64,000 nucleotides of DNA from an uncultured Phycisphaerales bacterium (GTDB lineage Bacteria > Planctomycetota > Phycisphaerae > Tepidisphaerales > Tepidisphaeraceae): NCBI GenBank assembly GCA_963758525.1, contig CAVWVQ010000003.1:224001-288000 (forward strand). Direction: 5' to 3'. The translations under genes were made by a program, and so were the position numbers. Below are positions 30,813 to 41,234 of the stretch, one piece after another; positions within the stretch are counted from its first letter, which is position 1; each line of letters begins with the position of its first letter. The notes under the pieces were generated by a model. The model did no database searches. It worked only from the letters and a program-made list of their open reading frames with translations, and was not told the DNA's origin.

Positions 30813-31952
30813 TCAGCCTTTCGGCACGTCCTGGAAACACCCGGCGGCCGCTGATTTCAGCACGGCGTCGCAGACGGCGGTCGTCTCCAATGCTTCGCGG
30901 AAGGTCGGGCCGGCGGGTTTGCCGGTGCCGAGGCCGGCGAGGAAATCGGCAACTTGATGCACGAACGTATGCTCGTAACCGAGCTGCAGGCCGGGGACCC
31001 ACCAGTTCTTGATGTAGGGATGCTCGCCCTCGCTGACGTGAATCGAGCGCCAGCCGCGCAGGGCGCTTTCGTCCTTGTAATCGAACCATTGCAGGCGATG
31101 CAGATCGTGCAGATCCCAGAAGATCGAGGCGTTCTCGCCGTTGATCTCGAAGGTGTAAAGGGCCTTGTGGCCGCGGGCGTAGCGGGTGGATTCGAAGGTG
31201 GCCATCGAACCGTTTTCGAAACGGGCGAGGAACGCGCAGGCGTCGTCGATGCCGACTTTCTCCACCTTGCCGGTGAGATTGTGTTTGCGTTCCTTGACGA
31301 AGGTTTCGGTCATTCCGACAACCGATTCGATGCTCCCGTTGAGCCACAGGGCGGTGTCAATGCAGTGGGCGAGCAGGTCGCCGGTGACTCCGCTTCCCGC
31401 CGCGCCGGCGTCGAGCCGCCAAAGGGCGGCGCCGCCCTGCGGCAGATCTTTGTTGATCGTCCAATCCTGCAAAAACTTGGCGCGATAGTGGAAGATGCGA
31501 CCGAGCCGCCCCTCGTCGATCAGTTGCTTGGCAAAAGAGACCGCCGGGGCGCGGCGATAGTTGTACCAGACCATGTTCGGCACGCCCGCGGCCTCGACAG
31601 CCGCCACCATTTCGCGCCCTTCCTCCACGTTCATCGAGAGCGGCTTCTCGCAGAGCACCATCTTCCCCGCCTTTGCGGCGGCAATGGAGATTTCCTTGTG
31701 GAGATTGTTGGGAGTGCAGACGTCGACGGCATCGATGTCTTTGCGGGCGATGAGCTTCCGCCAGTCGGTCTCGATCGACTCATACCCCCACCTGGCGGCG
31801 AACTCGTTGGCCTTGGCCGAGTCGCGGCCGCTGACGGCTTTGAGAATCGGACGATAAGGCAAATCGAAAAAGTCGTTCACGCGCTTGTAAGCGTTCGAGT
31901 GCGCCCGGCCCATGAAGCCATAACCAATCAATCCGATATTCAGGTTCTTCAT
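30813..31952 (-). CDS. Gfo/Idh/MocA family oxidoreductase
   Basis: [32 protein letters not shown]. Confidence 0.93.
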   Translation of the reverse strand: MKNLNIGLIGYGFMGRAHSNAYKRVNDFFDLPYRPILKAVSGRDSAKANEFAARWGYESIETDWRKLIARKDIDAVDVCTPNNLHKEISIAAAKAGKMVLCEKPLSMNVEEGREMVAAVEAAGVPNMVWYNYRRAPAVSFAKQLIDEGRLGRIFHYRAKFLQDWTINKDLPQGGAALWRLDAGAAGSGVTGDLLAHCIDTALWLNGSIESVVGMTETFVKERKHNLTGKVEKVGIDDACAFLARFENGSMATFESTRYARGHKALYTFEINGENASIFWDLHDLHRLQWFDYKDESALRGWRSIHVSEGEHPYIKNWWVPGLQLGYEHTFVHQVADFLAGLGTGKPAGPTFREALETTAVCDAVLKSAAAGCFQDVPKG

Positions 31953-32085
31953 TCGATTGCTCCTCCGTAAATGATCCCAATCGCGAAGCGCCACGAACGG
32001 CCTCGCGGACGAGCCGGATTGCGGTCGGACCGCCTTTCGGACGGACGCCGTGCGGAAGGACCGCCTTGCGGACCGCCTGTCTTTT

Positions 32086-32174
32086 CCCCCTCCCCTGGTA
32101 CTCGGGGTGGGGGCGCGTCCGTCGCCTGCGCGGAACCCCCACCCTAACCGTCCCCCGGAGTACCAGGGGAGGGG
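32086..32174. repeat. CCCTCTCCC-family palindrome doublet
   Basis: ccccctcccctggtactcgggg ... cccccggagtaccaggggagggg. Confidence 0.8.
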
Positions 32175-32192
32175 ACCGTTCGGACAAGCCGA

Positions 32193-34472
32193 TCAATTCC
32201 GCGGGCTTGCCATTACGAACGGCACGCGCCGACCGTTCTGATCGTTGGGAGCTTCCTGCAATATCCTGTCCGACATCGCCGGAATCTTCCAGTAGGTGTC
32301 ATGAAACCGCTTTAGCTCGCCGGGGTCAACGATCACACGCGCACCATGGGGAATCGGGCCGCCGTTCCAGTCTTCGATCAGATCGCCTTCATTCGTTCTT
32401 ACATCAAACACGGTCCGGTAGTGTAATTGCGACATGGGAATTGTGTAAAAAAAAGCCTTGGCGTCGCCAATCAGCACGACGCTCTGTCCGGGAGACAGGC
32501 CGTCCAGATAGTTCGCTTCCAGGCCGCTGATGTCCTGCACGCCTAGCAATCCAACCGTCGGCTGCACCAGCGGCGACTCCCTTCCCCCGTGGAGAAGCGT
32601 GCTGATGTCGTGATGAAGCCGGACTCCGCTCATACTGGCAGCGCCCAGCACAATAAGAAGGACCAACGCGGCGAGCGCCGGCCGATCGACCTGCGCGATC
32701 AGCCACGCGCAGACCGGCAGCGCCAGCACGAAGAATCGGCCCTCCAGGTGCGTGGCAAACAACCAGAACAGGGCTGTCGCGAGAAACATCCCGGCAAACA
32801 CGACCGTGAGGCGCCGGCGCCAGGCGATCGCCGCGGCGATCACTCCGAGCGGGATCAGCACGTATCCGTACTGCCTGCTTCCCAGAATCTCCGACGCGCC
32901 GGCGTGCAGCCGCGCGGAAAGATTTCGCTGATCGGGTCGCGCGGAGTGGGCACGCTGCCAGCGTTCGATCTGCACGGGCGTGAAGTTGCCGGGACCGAGC
33001 AGTGTCGTCGCCTGGGGGAAGACGGGGTTGCCCGCCCATCGCTCGTTGCGAATGAGCCAGGGGGAGAAGACCAGCAAGCCCACCGCCAGAAAGATTGATG
33101 CCGCCCGGGCCGACCTCCAGAACGGTTCACGCCTGACGCCGATCAGAAAGATCCCGCAAAGAATCGTCATCGCGACGAGCACCTGGGGGACGGCTGTCAG
33201 CTTCGCGCCACAGGCGAATCCCGCGAACGCGCCGCCGATGACCAGTCCGCGATTGCGACCCGCATCGTCCGAAACGGCACGGCAGACCCATGCGATAGCG
33301 AGCGTCCCGAACAGAAGAAATCCCCCCTCGTCGTAAGCGACGGGCGCAAGCTGCGTGAGCCACGGGACCGTGGCGACCGCAAGAGCCGCCGTGATTGCGG
33401 GAAGCGCGCTGGAATTTGCGTCTGTCGTTTCTCCGCCGGCGCTGCCCAATGAGCTTCGGGTTGGAGCAAGCGTCTTGTCCGTCGGAGAGACATCCCCGTG
33501 GCGCGGGCTTCCAGCCCGCGTTGAGTGCGTGGTACCGGAGAGAACCGTTGATATCAAATCTTTCCCCTGTTTTGAGCCATCCGCTCGGGCAGGATGCCCG
33601 TGCCACTGGACAGGGGCGAGTTGACTGGCGCTCTGAAGCCGGCGCGTCGTGATCTCAAGTGCAAATGCGTAGACGGCAACCACAAACAGCGCGATGAACG
33701 CGAGGTGCACGAGCTGCGCGAGAAACATCGCCGCCCACGGACCGGCGCAGAGGTGCATCGCGAGCAGATAGTGCATCTCGACGTTCAACGGGAAGAACGA
33801 AAAGACGTTGTGGGGCAACGGGATGATCCGGCCCGCCTCGAACCATTCGCGGGGGACTTGCAGGTGATATTCGACGACGTCGTAGAAACTCGGGTCGCCG
33901 TCGCGCCAGAGAATTCCGGACGGAAGCATTGCGGCGACGAGTGCGATAGCCGCGAACGGACAAACGCTGATCCACAGCCAGTTCCAGCCGGCAGGTTCAT
34001 TTAACCAGGCCATGCAGTCGGCGAAATCGATTTTCAGTCTGAAAAGACAGAGTACCGCGAGCACAATTCCCCCGCAGATCATCCCGACCGCGCTTCCATG
34101 ATGCAAAAGGCCCGCGAGGCCGAGACCGAGCGTGAGAAGACTCATGGCTCCCAGCCCCATCGAGATCGAGGAGACAAGCCTCAGCAGACCCGACGCGGTC
34201 TGGAAAACCCGCTCGGACCCCGGTGGATTGCCCCCTCTCGCGCTACTTCGAGAGAGGGTCGGAGTGAGGGTGATTTTGGACGCCGGCGGCCGTTGGTGCT
34301 CGAAATCACCCTCACCCCTGCCCTCTCCCGGAGCACCGGGAGAGGGGGTGGCTCGCCGAAAATTTTGAAACGCGCTCTCAATCGACAGCAGCAAAAATCC
34401 CCCGATGCCGGCGGCGGCGATCAGCCAGGCGACGAGCATTGCGCCGTCTGTCAGTAATCGGAAGAGCACCAC
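32193..34472 (-). CDS. Polytopic membrane protein, possibly GT-C/PMT-like glycosyltransferase, with in-frame repeat insertions
   Basis: YDVVEYHLQVP, PLNVEMHY, GAKLTA, PWLIRN..W.GNPVFP motifs; two hydrophilic loops encoded by palindromic repeats. Confidence 0.75.
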   Translation of the reverse strand: MVLFRLLTDGAMLVAWLIAAAGIGGFLLLSIESAFQNFRRATPSPGAPGEGRGEGDFEHQRPPASKITLTPTLSRSSARGGNPPGSERVFQTASGLLRLVSSISMGLGAMSLLTLGLGLAGLLHHGSAVGMICGGIVLAVLCLFRLKIDFADCMAWLNEPAGWNWLWISVCPFAAIALVAAMLPSGILWRDGDPSFYDVVEYHLQVPREWFEAGRIIPLPHNVFSFFPLNVEMHYLLAMHLCAGPWAAMFLAQLVHLAFIALFVVAVYAFALEITTRRLQSASQLAPVQWHGHPARADGSKQGKDLISTVLSGTTHSTRAGSPRHGDVSPTDKTLAPTRSSLGSAGGETTDANSSALPAITAALAVATVPWLTQLAPVAYDEGGFLLFGTLAIAWVCRAVSDDAGRNRGLVIGGAFAGFACGAKLTAVPQVLVAMTILCGIFLIGVRREPFWRSARAASIFLAVGLLVFSPWLIRNERWAGNPVFPQATTLLGPGNFTPVQIERWQRAHSARPDQRNLSARLHAGASEILGSRQYGYVLIPLGVIAAAIAWRRRLTVVFAGMFLATALFWLFATHLEGRFFVLALPVCAWLIAQVDRPALAALVLLIVLGAASMSGVRLHHDISTLLHGGRESPLVQPTVGLLGVQDISGLEANYLDGLSPGQSVVLIGDAKAFFYTIPMSQLHYRTVFDVRTNEGDLIEDWNGGPIPHGARVIVDPGELKRFHDTYWKIPAMSDRILQEAPNDQNGRRVPFVMASPRN
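33498..33607. repeat. REP doublet (REPIN-like) inside a coding sequence
   Basis: gtggcgcgggcttccagcccgcg ... cgggcaggatgcccgtgccac, inverted arms each with a GTGG foot. Confidence 0.75.
34231..34348. repeat. CCCTCTCCC-family palindrome doublet inside a coding sequence
   Basis: ccccctctcg..gagagggtcggagtgagggtgattt ... aaatcaccctcacccctgccctctcccggagcaccgggagaggggg. Confidence 0.85.
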
Positions 34473-34561
34473 CGGAGCGTTTGGCCCGGCGTAAGCGAGA
34501 GCACCAGCAGAACGATGACGATGAACGCGAAGATCAGAGCGAGCCGGCTGCGGGGCAACGG

Positions 34562-35903
34562 TTAGCCTTTCGTGTCTTCGCTTTCGGAGGGTTTGGGGCC
34601 GTCGATCTTGTCGATCTTCTCGTCGCGGGGTGCGCCAGCGTCCAACTGAAAGAGCTTCTCGAGCGCATGAAGGTACTGCACGTTGGGAGAATGGTCGGCG
34701 TTGCGGAGCGTGTGCATTGGATCGTGCAGCAGCTTGTTGACGATTCGCCGGGTGAGTTCCTCCAGATGCGAGCGCTCGACCGCGGAAATGCCGGGGAGCT
34801 TGTGCAACGTGCGATTCAACTCTTCCTGAGCCAGGCCATGGTAGCGATCGTACAGGCGCTGAATCGTCGGGCCCATCTCCCGCTGGCGATGCCAGAGAGA
34901 GAATTCCTCGACCTGCTTGAGCACGATTTCGCGGGCCGACGAGAAGGCGTCCTGCCGCTGCGTACGGGTGTTGAGCACGACGCTCTGCAGATCATCGAGA
35001 TTGTAAAGATAAACGTGGTCCAGCTCCCCCACCGCCGGCTCGACGTCGCGGGGAAATGCGATATCGATGATGAAGATCGGACGGTAGCGCCGGCGCTTCA
35101 GGATGGAATCAAACTGCGCGCGGGTGACAACGGGCTGCTCGAGCGCCGGTGGAAGTGACCACGATGTCGGCGGCAACGAGATGGTCGGCCAACTGCTCGA
35201 AGGGTACGGGCCGGCCCTTGAATTTGGCCGCCAGTGTCTGGGCGCGGTCGGCGCCGCGATTACAGATGAGCAGATTGCCGGGCGAGAGTGCGGCGAACGC
35301 CTGCAGGACGAGGCCGGCCATTTTCCCGCCCCCGACGCAGAGAACGGTTTTGTCATCGAAACGCTCGAAGATCTGACGGGCGTAATCCACCGCTACGCTG
35401 GCGACGCTCACGCGTCCCTCCGCCAGCGGCGTCTCATGGATGATCTGCTTCCCGACGGCCAGCGCCCGCTGGAAGAGCGGGTTGAGCAAAGCGCCCGCCA
35501 TTTGCAGGCGCGTGGCGGCTTCGTATGCCTCGCGCACCTGGCCGAGGATCTGCGTCTCGCCAAGCACCATCGAATCGAGAGAGGATGTGACGGAAAAGAG
35601 ATGCTCCACCACTTCGCGGTTGGATTTTCGATACATGTGCGGCTCGACGTCACCGGGCGGCAGCCCGTGCGAATCGGCCAGAAACGCGATCAGATCCGTC
35701 GGCGTCGGCCGGTCGTGGACGGGGCGCGCGGCGTAGAGCTCGACGCGGTTGCAAGTCGAAAGGATCACCGCCTCGCAGCCCGGGAAACGCTCTTTGAACT
35801 TCTCCAGCGCGGTCTGCCGGGCGGCTGAACTAAACGCGAGCCGTTCGCGCACTTCCAGCGGCGCGGTGGTGTGATTGAGTCCCAGCAGGAGCAGTCGCTG
35901 CAT
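34562..35903 (-). CDS. hemA: Glutamyl-tRNA reductase (frameshift ~35150)
   Basis: GLNHTTAPLEVRE, LSTCNRVE, SLDSMVLGETQILGQV, IDIAFPRDV. Confidence 0.92.
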
Positions 35904-35908
35904 CGAAG

Positions 35909-36733
35909 TTACCGTCCGCCTCCGGGGGTGAACTGCAGGGCGACCAGCGTGCCGATGAGAAGCACGAAGCCGAGCACGCTGAGCATTGCCGCGCGTCGCC
36001 CGCGGAAGACGGGGTTCATCGGCGCGTGCAGCACGAGCGCAAAGACGAGCCAGGCGGCAAAGGCCAGCCAGACCTTCGGACTTTCATACCAGCGGGAAGG
36101 GCTGGTGCTGCTGCCATGCGTATCGAAAGCGAGGACAAATCCGGTGATGAGTCCGACCGTCAGCAGTGGAAATCCCAAGCCGACGGAAACACGCGTGAAA
36201 TGTTCGAGGCGTTCAAGGCTGCCCAGAGGGGCCGGGCGCTTGCTGCGCAGCCGCCGGTCGGCAATGAGATACATCGCCCCTACCGCGGCAGCGACCGCGA
36301 AGGCGGCGGTCCCGCCAAACGCAGTGAACAGGTGAATCGACGACCAGACCGTGCCGACGTACTCGTGCGGTTTGGCCCGCCCGAAGATCGCTGCAGCAAC
36401 CAGCAGCATTCCGACAATCGGCAGGATGAACCAGTCGAGCCCGCGGAGGGGATGGACGCGTTGCGTGTAGGCGACGAAGAGCGCCAGCAGCAGCGCGAGC
36501 CAGACGAGGGCATCGAAATTGTCGGCAAGGGGCAGCCAGCTTCCGCGGCGCGCGGAGTGCCAGACGAGCACGCCGAGGCCGAATGCAATTCCCCCGTAGA
36601 AGCATGCCTTGGCAGGAATGCGGTATCGATCGCCGGCCCAGAGGCGCAACAGGGAGAGCACTTCGGCGGCGACGAACATCGCGACGGCGGCGAAGAGCAG
36701 CATGAGCTGGCCGAGGGTGGGAATCTCAGGCAT
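35909..36733 (-). CDS. Cytochrome c assembly protein (CcsA/HemX-like)
   Basis: Multi-TM; IHLFTAF; SLERLE; GFPLLTVGLITG; W..SPK; sits between sirC and hemA. Confidence 0.8.
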   Translation of the reverse strand: MPEIPTLGQLMLLFAAVAMFVAAEVLSLLRLWAGDRYRIPAKACFYGGIAFGLGVLVWHSARRGSWLPLADNFDALVWLALLLALFVAYTQRVHPLRGLDWFILPIVGMLLVAAAIFGRAKPHEYVGTVWSSIHLFTAFGGTAAFAVAAAVGAMYLIADRRLRSKRPAPLGSLERLEHFTRVSVGLGFPLLTVGLITGFVLAFDTHGSSTSPSRWYESPKVWLAFAAWLVFALVLHAPMNPVFRGRRAAMLSVLGFVLLIGTLVALQFTPGGGR

Positions 36734-37357
36734 TCTTAAATTCCGGGTAACGCTCGCAAAGCCAGGCGAGCACGCCGGGCAGTCCCTGGTCGGCGCGGGC
36801 GATCGCCTCGTCGCCAGCCAGCGCACGCAGGACCTCGGTGCGCCGTCCCCCGTCATTCGCAAGGGTCTTGAGGACCATCGGCCGAAGGGTCTGCATCAAC
36901 TCCGCCATCACCGACCACCGCGGGTCAAATCGCTCCGCCAGGTCGTCGCGGATGGACGACGCCAATGCGGCGCTGCCGGCGGAAACGCTCACCACCACCG
37001 GCCCTTCACGAAAATGAGCCGGCGTTGTGAAATCGCCCGGCTCGGCGTCATCGCTGTCGGCCCGGGCAACCAGTATTCCGCGGCGACGCGCATCCCGCAC
37101 CACCGCATCGTTCACGTCCTGCCGATCCGTCGCGGCAAAGACGAGCGTGGCCCCGTCGAGATGGCGTGTTTCGTAGCTTTCCATCACTTTCTCGACGCAA
37201 GCCGGGATTGCCGCATCAAACGCCGGCGCAACGATCCGCACCCGCGTGGCCCCCGCCTTCACAACCCCACGCGCTTTTGCGCGGCGACCCCGCCGCCGCC
37301 GATAATAACGATCAGCCGGTCAGTCACATCCAACATCAGCGGATAGGCATAACGCAC
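36726..37357 (-). CDS. sirC: Precorrin-2 dehydrogenase / siroheme synthase N-terminal part (frameshift ~37280)
   Basis: YPLMLDVTDRLIVIIGGGGVA; LVFAATD; GDFTTPA. Confidence 0.8.
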
Positions 37358-37449
37358 GGAACTCGCAATCGTATCGCCCCGGGCAAAGGCGGTCCAACCG
37401 CGGGGAGCGTAGATTGCCGCGTCAGGACAATGAACCGTACAATCTGCGA

Positions 37450-37776
37450 ATGGTGCAGGCCGATCCCAAGTTCATTTCCGTTGATCCCGATGTTCAAGGC
37501 GGCACCCCCTGCTTCACCGGAACGCGGGTACCCGTGCGATCATTGTTCGACGCCCTGAAAAGAGATCGATCCGTCGATTACTTCCTTTCGCAGTTTCCGT
37601 CAGTCACGCGAGCGCAAGTTGAGGGCGTGCTCGATCATGCCAGCCGAGTGGTTTCAGCCCGCGGGACACGCAGCGTGAAAGTGCTGCTCGATGAAAACCT
37701 GCCACACGATCTGCGTCATCATCTTCATGGACAGTCCTGCAGGCGCGCCTGCAGCAGATTTCTCCCAGCTCAATAG
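37450..37776 (+). pseudogene. DUF433 antitoxin running into a truncated DUF5615 PIN-like toxin
   Basis: DPDVQGGTPCFTGTRVPV..LFD (DUF433), then VKVLLDENLP (DUF5615 N-terminus), ending about 33 codons later. Confidence 0.75.
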
Positions 37777-37944
37777 CGAGGGTGGCTTGAAGTTTCGGAC
37801 GATGCAGCTTCGGCCGCACACGAGGGCACACGAAGCCTCCGTGACGAATGATGGTTGACCTCTATAAATCCGACCTTGCGTTATCATTGACGCCTGCCCG
37901 TACGCTTCGGAGGATTCTAAAACGGAAAGGGAGCATGGTGCCGG

Positions 37945-39935
37945 ATGGGCGGTGACGAGCGGGGCAGAAAAAAAACCTGGCGGAAGCGCGCGTGGAGAAT
38001 TCGCTGGACGGTGCTGGCGCCGTGCGCGCTCGGGCGCTGCTTCTGCTGCTGCTCCCGACGATCTTATGGGCGCGTGCCGGCGGCGGCGAAGGTTACTCCG
38101 GCGGCGGAGGTGATGGTGGCGGCGGCGGAGGTGGAGGCGGTGGGCACGGCGGCGGGTTCATCGTCTATCTGTTGATTCGTCTCGTGTTCGAGCACCCTGT
38201 GATCGGAATTCCGTTGGTCATCTTCCTCCTCTTTCTGCTCTATCAGGGCGGGCAGCAGGGAACCAATGCCTATCAGGGCAATGTCATTCGGCGCGGCGGT
38301 GAAGTCATCGACCAGCAGCAGTTCAACAGCACGGTGGCGATGATTCGCCAGCATGATCCGAATTTTGACAGCGAGGCGTTTTGCCAGCGGGTCAGGACGG
38401 CGTTTCTCAAAATTCAGCAGGCCTGGACCGCGCAGGACCTGGCCGCGGTGCGCGCGTTTATTTCCGACGGAGTGTACGAACGCTTTTCGCTGCAGTTTGC
38501 CGAACAGCGCGACGCGGGATATCGCGACATGATGGATAACGTTGCTGTTGAGGAGACGCGGGTCGCGGACATTTGCTCAGCCGGAGTGTTTGACGAGGTC
38601 TCGGTCCGTATCCGCGCTTCGGCATCCGACTATCGCGCGAGCCTCAAGGACGGGAAGCCTCTGAGCGGCAACCCGGGAAGCGTCGAGCCGTTTGTAGAAG
38701 TCTGGTCGTTTCTCCGCAAGCGCGGGGCGATCACCGATGTGAGCAAAACGGGATTGATCGAGGGGAATTGCCCCAACTGCGGCGCGCCGATCGAGATGAA
38801 CCAGACGGCCAACTGCCAGCGGTGCAAGGCGGAGCTGCGCAGCGGCGAATACGACTGGGTGCTGGGCGAAATCACGCAGGAATCGGAATGGCATCGAACC
38901 GACGTGCAGGATATCCCAGGGCTCCAGAGTCTGCGGCGGCAGGACCCTGGTTTTGACGCGCTCGCGATCGAAGATCGCGCGTCGGTGATCTTCTGGCGAC
39001 GGGCAGCCGCTGACCGCACCGGCAAGATCGATCCGCTGCGCAAAGTGGCGTCGGAAGAATTCTGCCAGGCGTACGCGACGGCGCTGCGCCCGGCGCCGAC
39101 GCGCCAATGACGATCCGGGACTGCGCCGTTGGAAGTGTTCGGATGCTCGGCTTCCTTCCCGGCGGGAGTGATTCGCCGTTTGAGCGGGTATTGGTGGAAA
39201 TCCGCTGGTCGGGCCAGGGGACGCGGGGAGCCGTCATCGGCCGCTCGCTGTTCGTGCTGGGGAGAAGCCCCGGGTCGCAAACCGATTCGGGGAAGAGCAT
39301 CTCGTCGGCTCATTGCCCCAATTGCGGCGCGCCCGACGCGGGCGGAACGAGCAACGCCTGCGAATACTGCAATACGACACTGAACGACGGCAAGCATGGA
39401 TGGATTCTGCTGGAACTGGCGGCAATGTCTTCTCCGCGCCAGCGAGCTGCTGGCGATGCTGGATGATCGCCACGAAAGCGCGCCCGATGCCGTCGCGCCC
39501 GATGCCGTCGCGCGGGCTGGCGTGCTGCGACCGGCCAGCGACGCGGGCTTGCTGGCATGGGCGGTGAAAGCAGCGGCTGTTGACGGAGCGGTTGATCCAA
39601 CAGAACGCAGCGTCCTTCAGACTCTCGCGTCCCAGCGCGGGGTCCCGCCGGAGCAGCTCGAACAGATGATCGAAGCTGCGCTGCGAAACGACATGGATGT
39701 TCCCGAGCCCGCAAGCCGGGCGGAGGCGGAGGCGTGGCTCAGGGCAATGGCCACGATCGCGCTGGCCGACGGACAAATTACGAACGAGGAACTTTCGCTG
39801 CTGCGCATGCTGGGAACGAAGTTTGATCTGGGGGAATCCGATGTGAAGATGCTGCTGAAGCGCCTGCGCGGCGAACAATACACCCAGGCTGCCGCGGCGC
39901 TTCGCGACGGTCCGCAACCGCCATCGTTCAATTGA
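37945..39935 (+). CDS. Tim44-like domain protein with zinc ribbons and C-terminal TerB-like domain (three frameshifts)
   Basis: ARAGGGEGYSGGG; DPNFD..AF..RV..AF..IQ.AW; EVWSFLR; CPNCGAP twice; ADGQITNEE. Confidence 0.75.
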
Positions 39936-39952
39936 AATTGAAGGAGATTCTT

Positions 39953-41053
39953 ATGGGCATTTTTGACAAGCTTCGCAACGAGCTGATCGACATCATCGAG
40001 TGGACCGACGACTCGTCCGATGCCATGGTCTACCGCTTCTACCGCTCCGACAACGAAATCAAGAACGGCGCGAAGCTCGTCGTGCGCGAGGGGCAGGCGG
40101 CGGCATTCGTCAACGAAGGGCAGCTGGCCGACGTCTTTCTGCCTGGAACGCACACGCTGACGACGCAAAACCTCCCGATCCTTTCGAAGCTCAAGGGATG
40201 GAAGTACGGCTTTGACAGCCCGTTCAAGGCGGAAGTCTATTTCGTCTCAACGCGCGTCTTTACCGACCGCAAATGGGGAACGAAGAATCCGATCATGCTG
40301 CGCGACGCCGAGTTCGGCATGGTCCGCCTCCGCGCGTTTGGAACATTTGCCGTGCGGGCAAAATATCCGCCCGTGCTGCTGCGCGAGCTGGTGGGAACCA
40401 ACGCGCACTTCACCGTGGACGACATCGAGGATCAACTGCGCGACCTGGTGACGTCGCGCTTTGCTGACGCGGTCGGATCGAGCAAGATTCCGGCGCTGGA
40501 TCTCGCCGGCAATTACAGTCAGCTTGCCGATTACGTCGTGCAGCGCATCCAGCCGGAATTCGCGGCACTGGGATTGGAGCTGGTCAAGCTGCTGATCGAA
40601 AACATCTCGCTGCCCAGCGAAGTGGAAGCCGCTATGGACAAGCGGACGAGCATGGGAGTGATCGGCAACATGGCCGCCTACACGCAGTACGAAGCCGCCA
40701 ACGCCCTGGGCGATGCCGCCCGCAACCCCGGCGGCCTCGGCGGCGCTGGCGCCGCGTTGGGTGCCGGCTACGTAATGGCGCAGCAGATGGGCAACGCGAT
40801 GAACGTGGCAAACACGTCCGCTGCCGCGGCTCCCCCGCCGCTCCCAAAGGAGACGGCGTACTTCATGGTGCTCGACGGAAAACAGGCCGGGCCGTTTTCG
40901 CAGACGCAGTTACAGGAGCACCTTGCCGGCGGACGTTTGACACGCGATACCTTGGTTTGGCAGGAAGGGATGACGCAATGGACAGCTGCCGGGAAGGTGC
41001 CCGCGCTAGCAACGTTGTTTGCAAGCGTCCCGCCGCCGGTGCCGCAGGGTTAG
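39953..41053 (+). CDS. SPFH/band-7 domain protein (YdjI-like) with C-terminal GYF_2 domain
   Basis: IDIIEW, VREGQAA.FV, SPFKAEVYF, WGT.NP; QAGPF...TLVWQEGM..W. Confidence 0.9.
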   Translation: MGIFDKLRNELIDIIEWTDDSSDAMVYRFYRSDNEIKNGAKLVVREGQAAAFVNEGQLADVFLPGTHTLTTQNLPILSKLKGWKYGFDSPFKAEVYFVSTRVFTDRKWGTKNPIMLRDAEFGMVRLRAFGTFAVRAKYPPVLLRELVGTNAHFTVDDIEDQLRDLVTSRFADAVGSSKIPALDLAGNYSQLADYVVQRIQPEFAALGLELVKLLIENISLPSEVEAAMDKRTSMGVIGNMAAYTQYEAANALGDAARNPGGLGGAGAALGAGYVMAQQMGNAMNVANTSAAAAPPPLPKETAYFMVLDGKQAGPFSQTQLQEHLAGGRLTRDTLVWQEGMTQWTAAGKVPALATLFASVPPPVPQG

Positions 41054-41225
41054 TACCACGGGTTTCCAACCCGTGCAGACGGCGTGGTCAACGAACATCG
41101 CGATAATTGGTTCTGCCTGTACCTGACGCTTCCGGCACGGGTTGGAAACCCGTGGTACAAGCATCGCGGTAATTAATTCTGCCCGTAGCTGACGCATTCC
41201 AGCACGGGTTGGAAACCCGTGGTAC
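41053..41225. repeat. Cluster of three identical 23-bp REP palindromes GTACCACGGGTTTCCAACCCGTG (one forward, two reverse)
   Basis: Copies at 41053-41075, 41136-41158 and 41203-41225; further copies at 49989-50011 and 54620-54643. Confidence 0.9.
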
Positions 41226-41234
41226 GGTGTGGAT

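Noticed and set aside
41053..41225. Possible mini-CRISPR array
   Set aside because: The repeats are in mixed orientation, the spacers are homologous to each other, the unit is dispersed elsewhere as a REP, and there are no cas genes.
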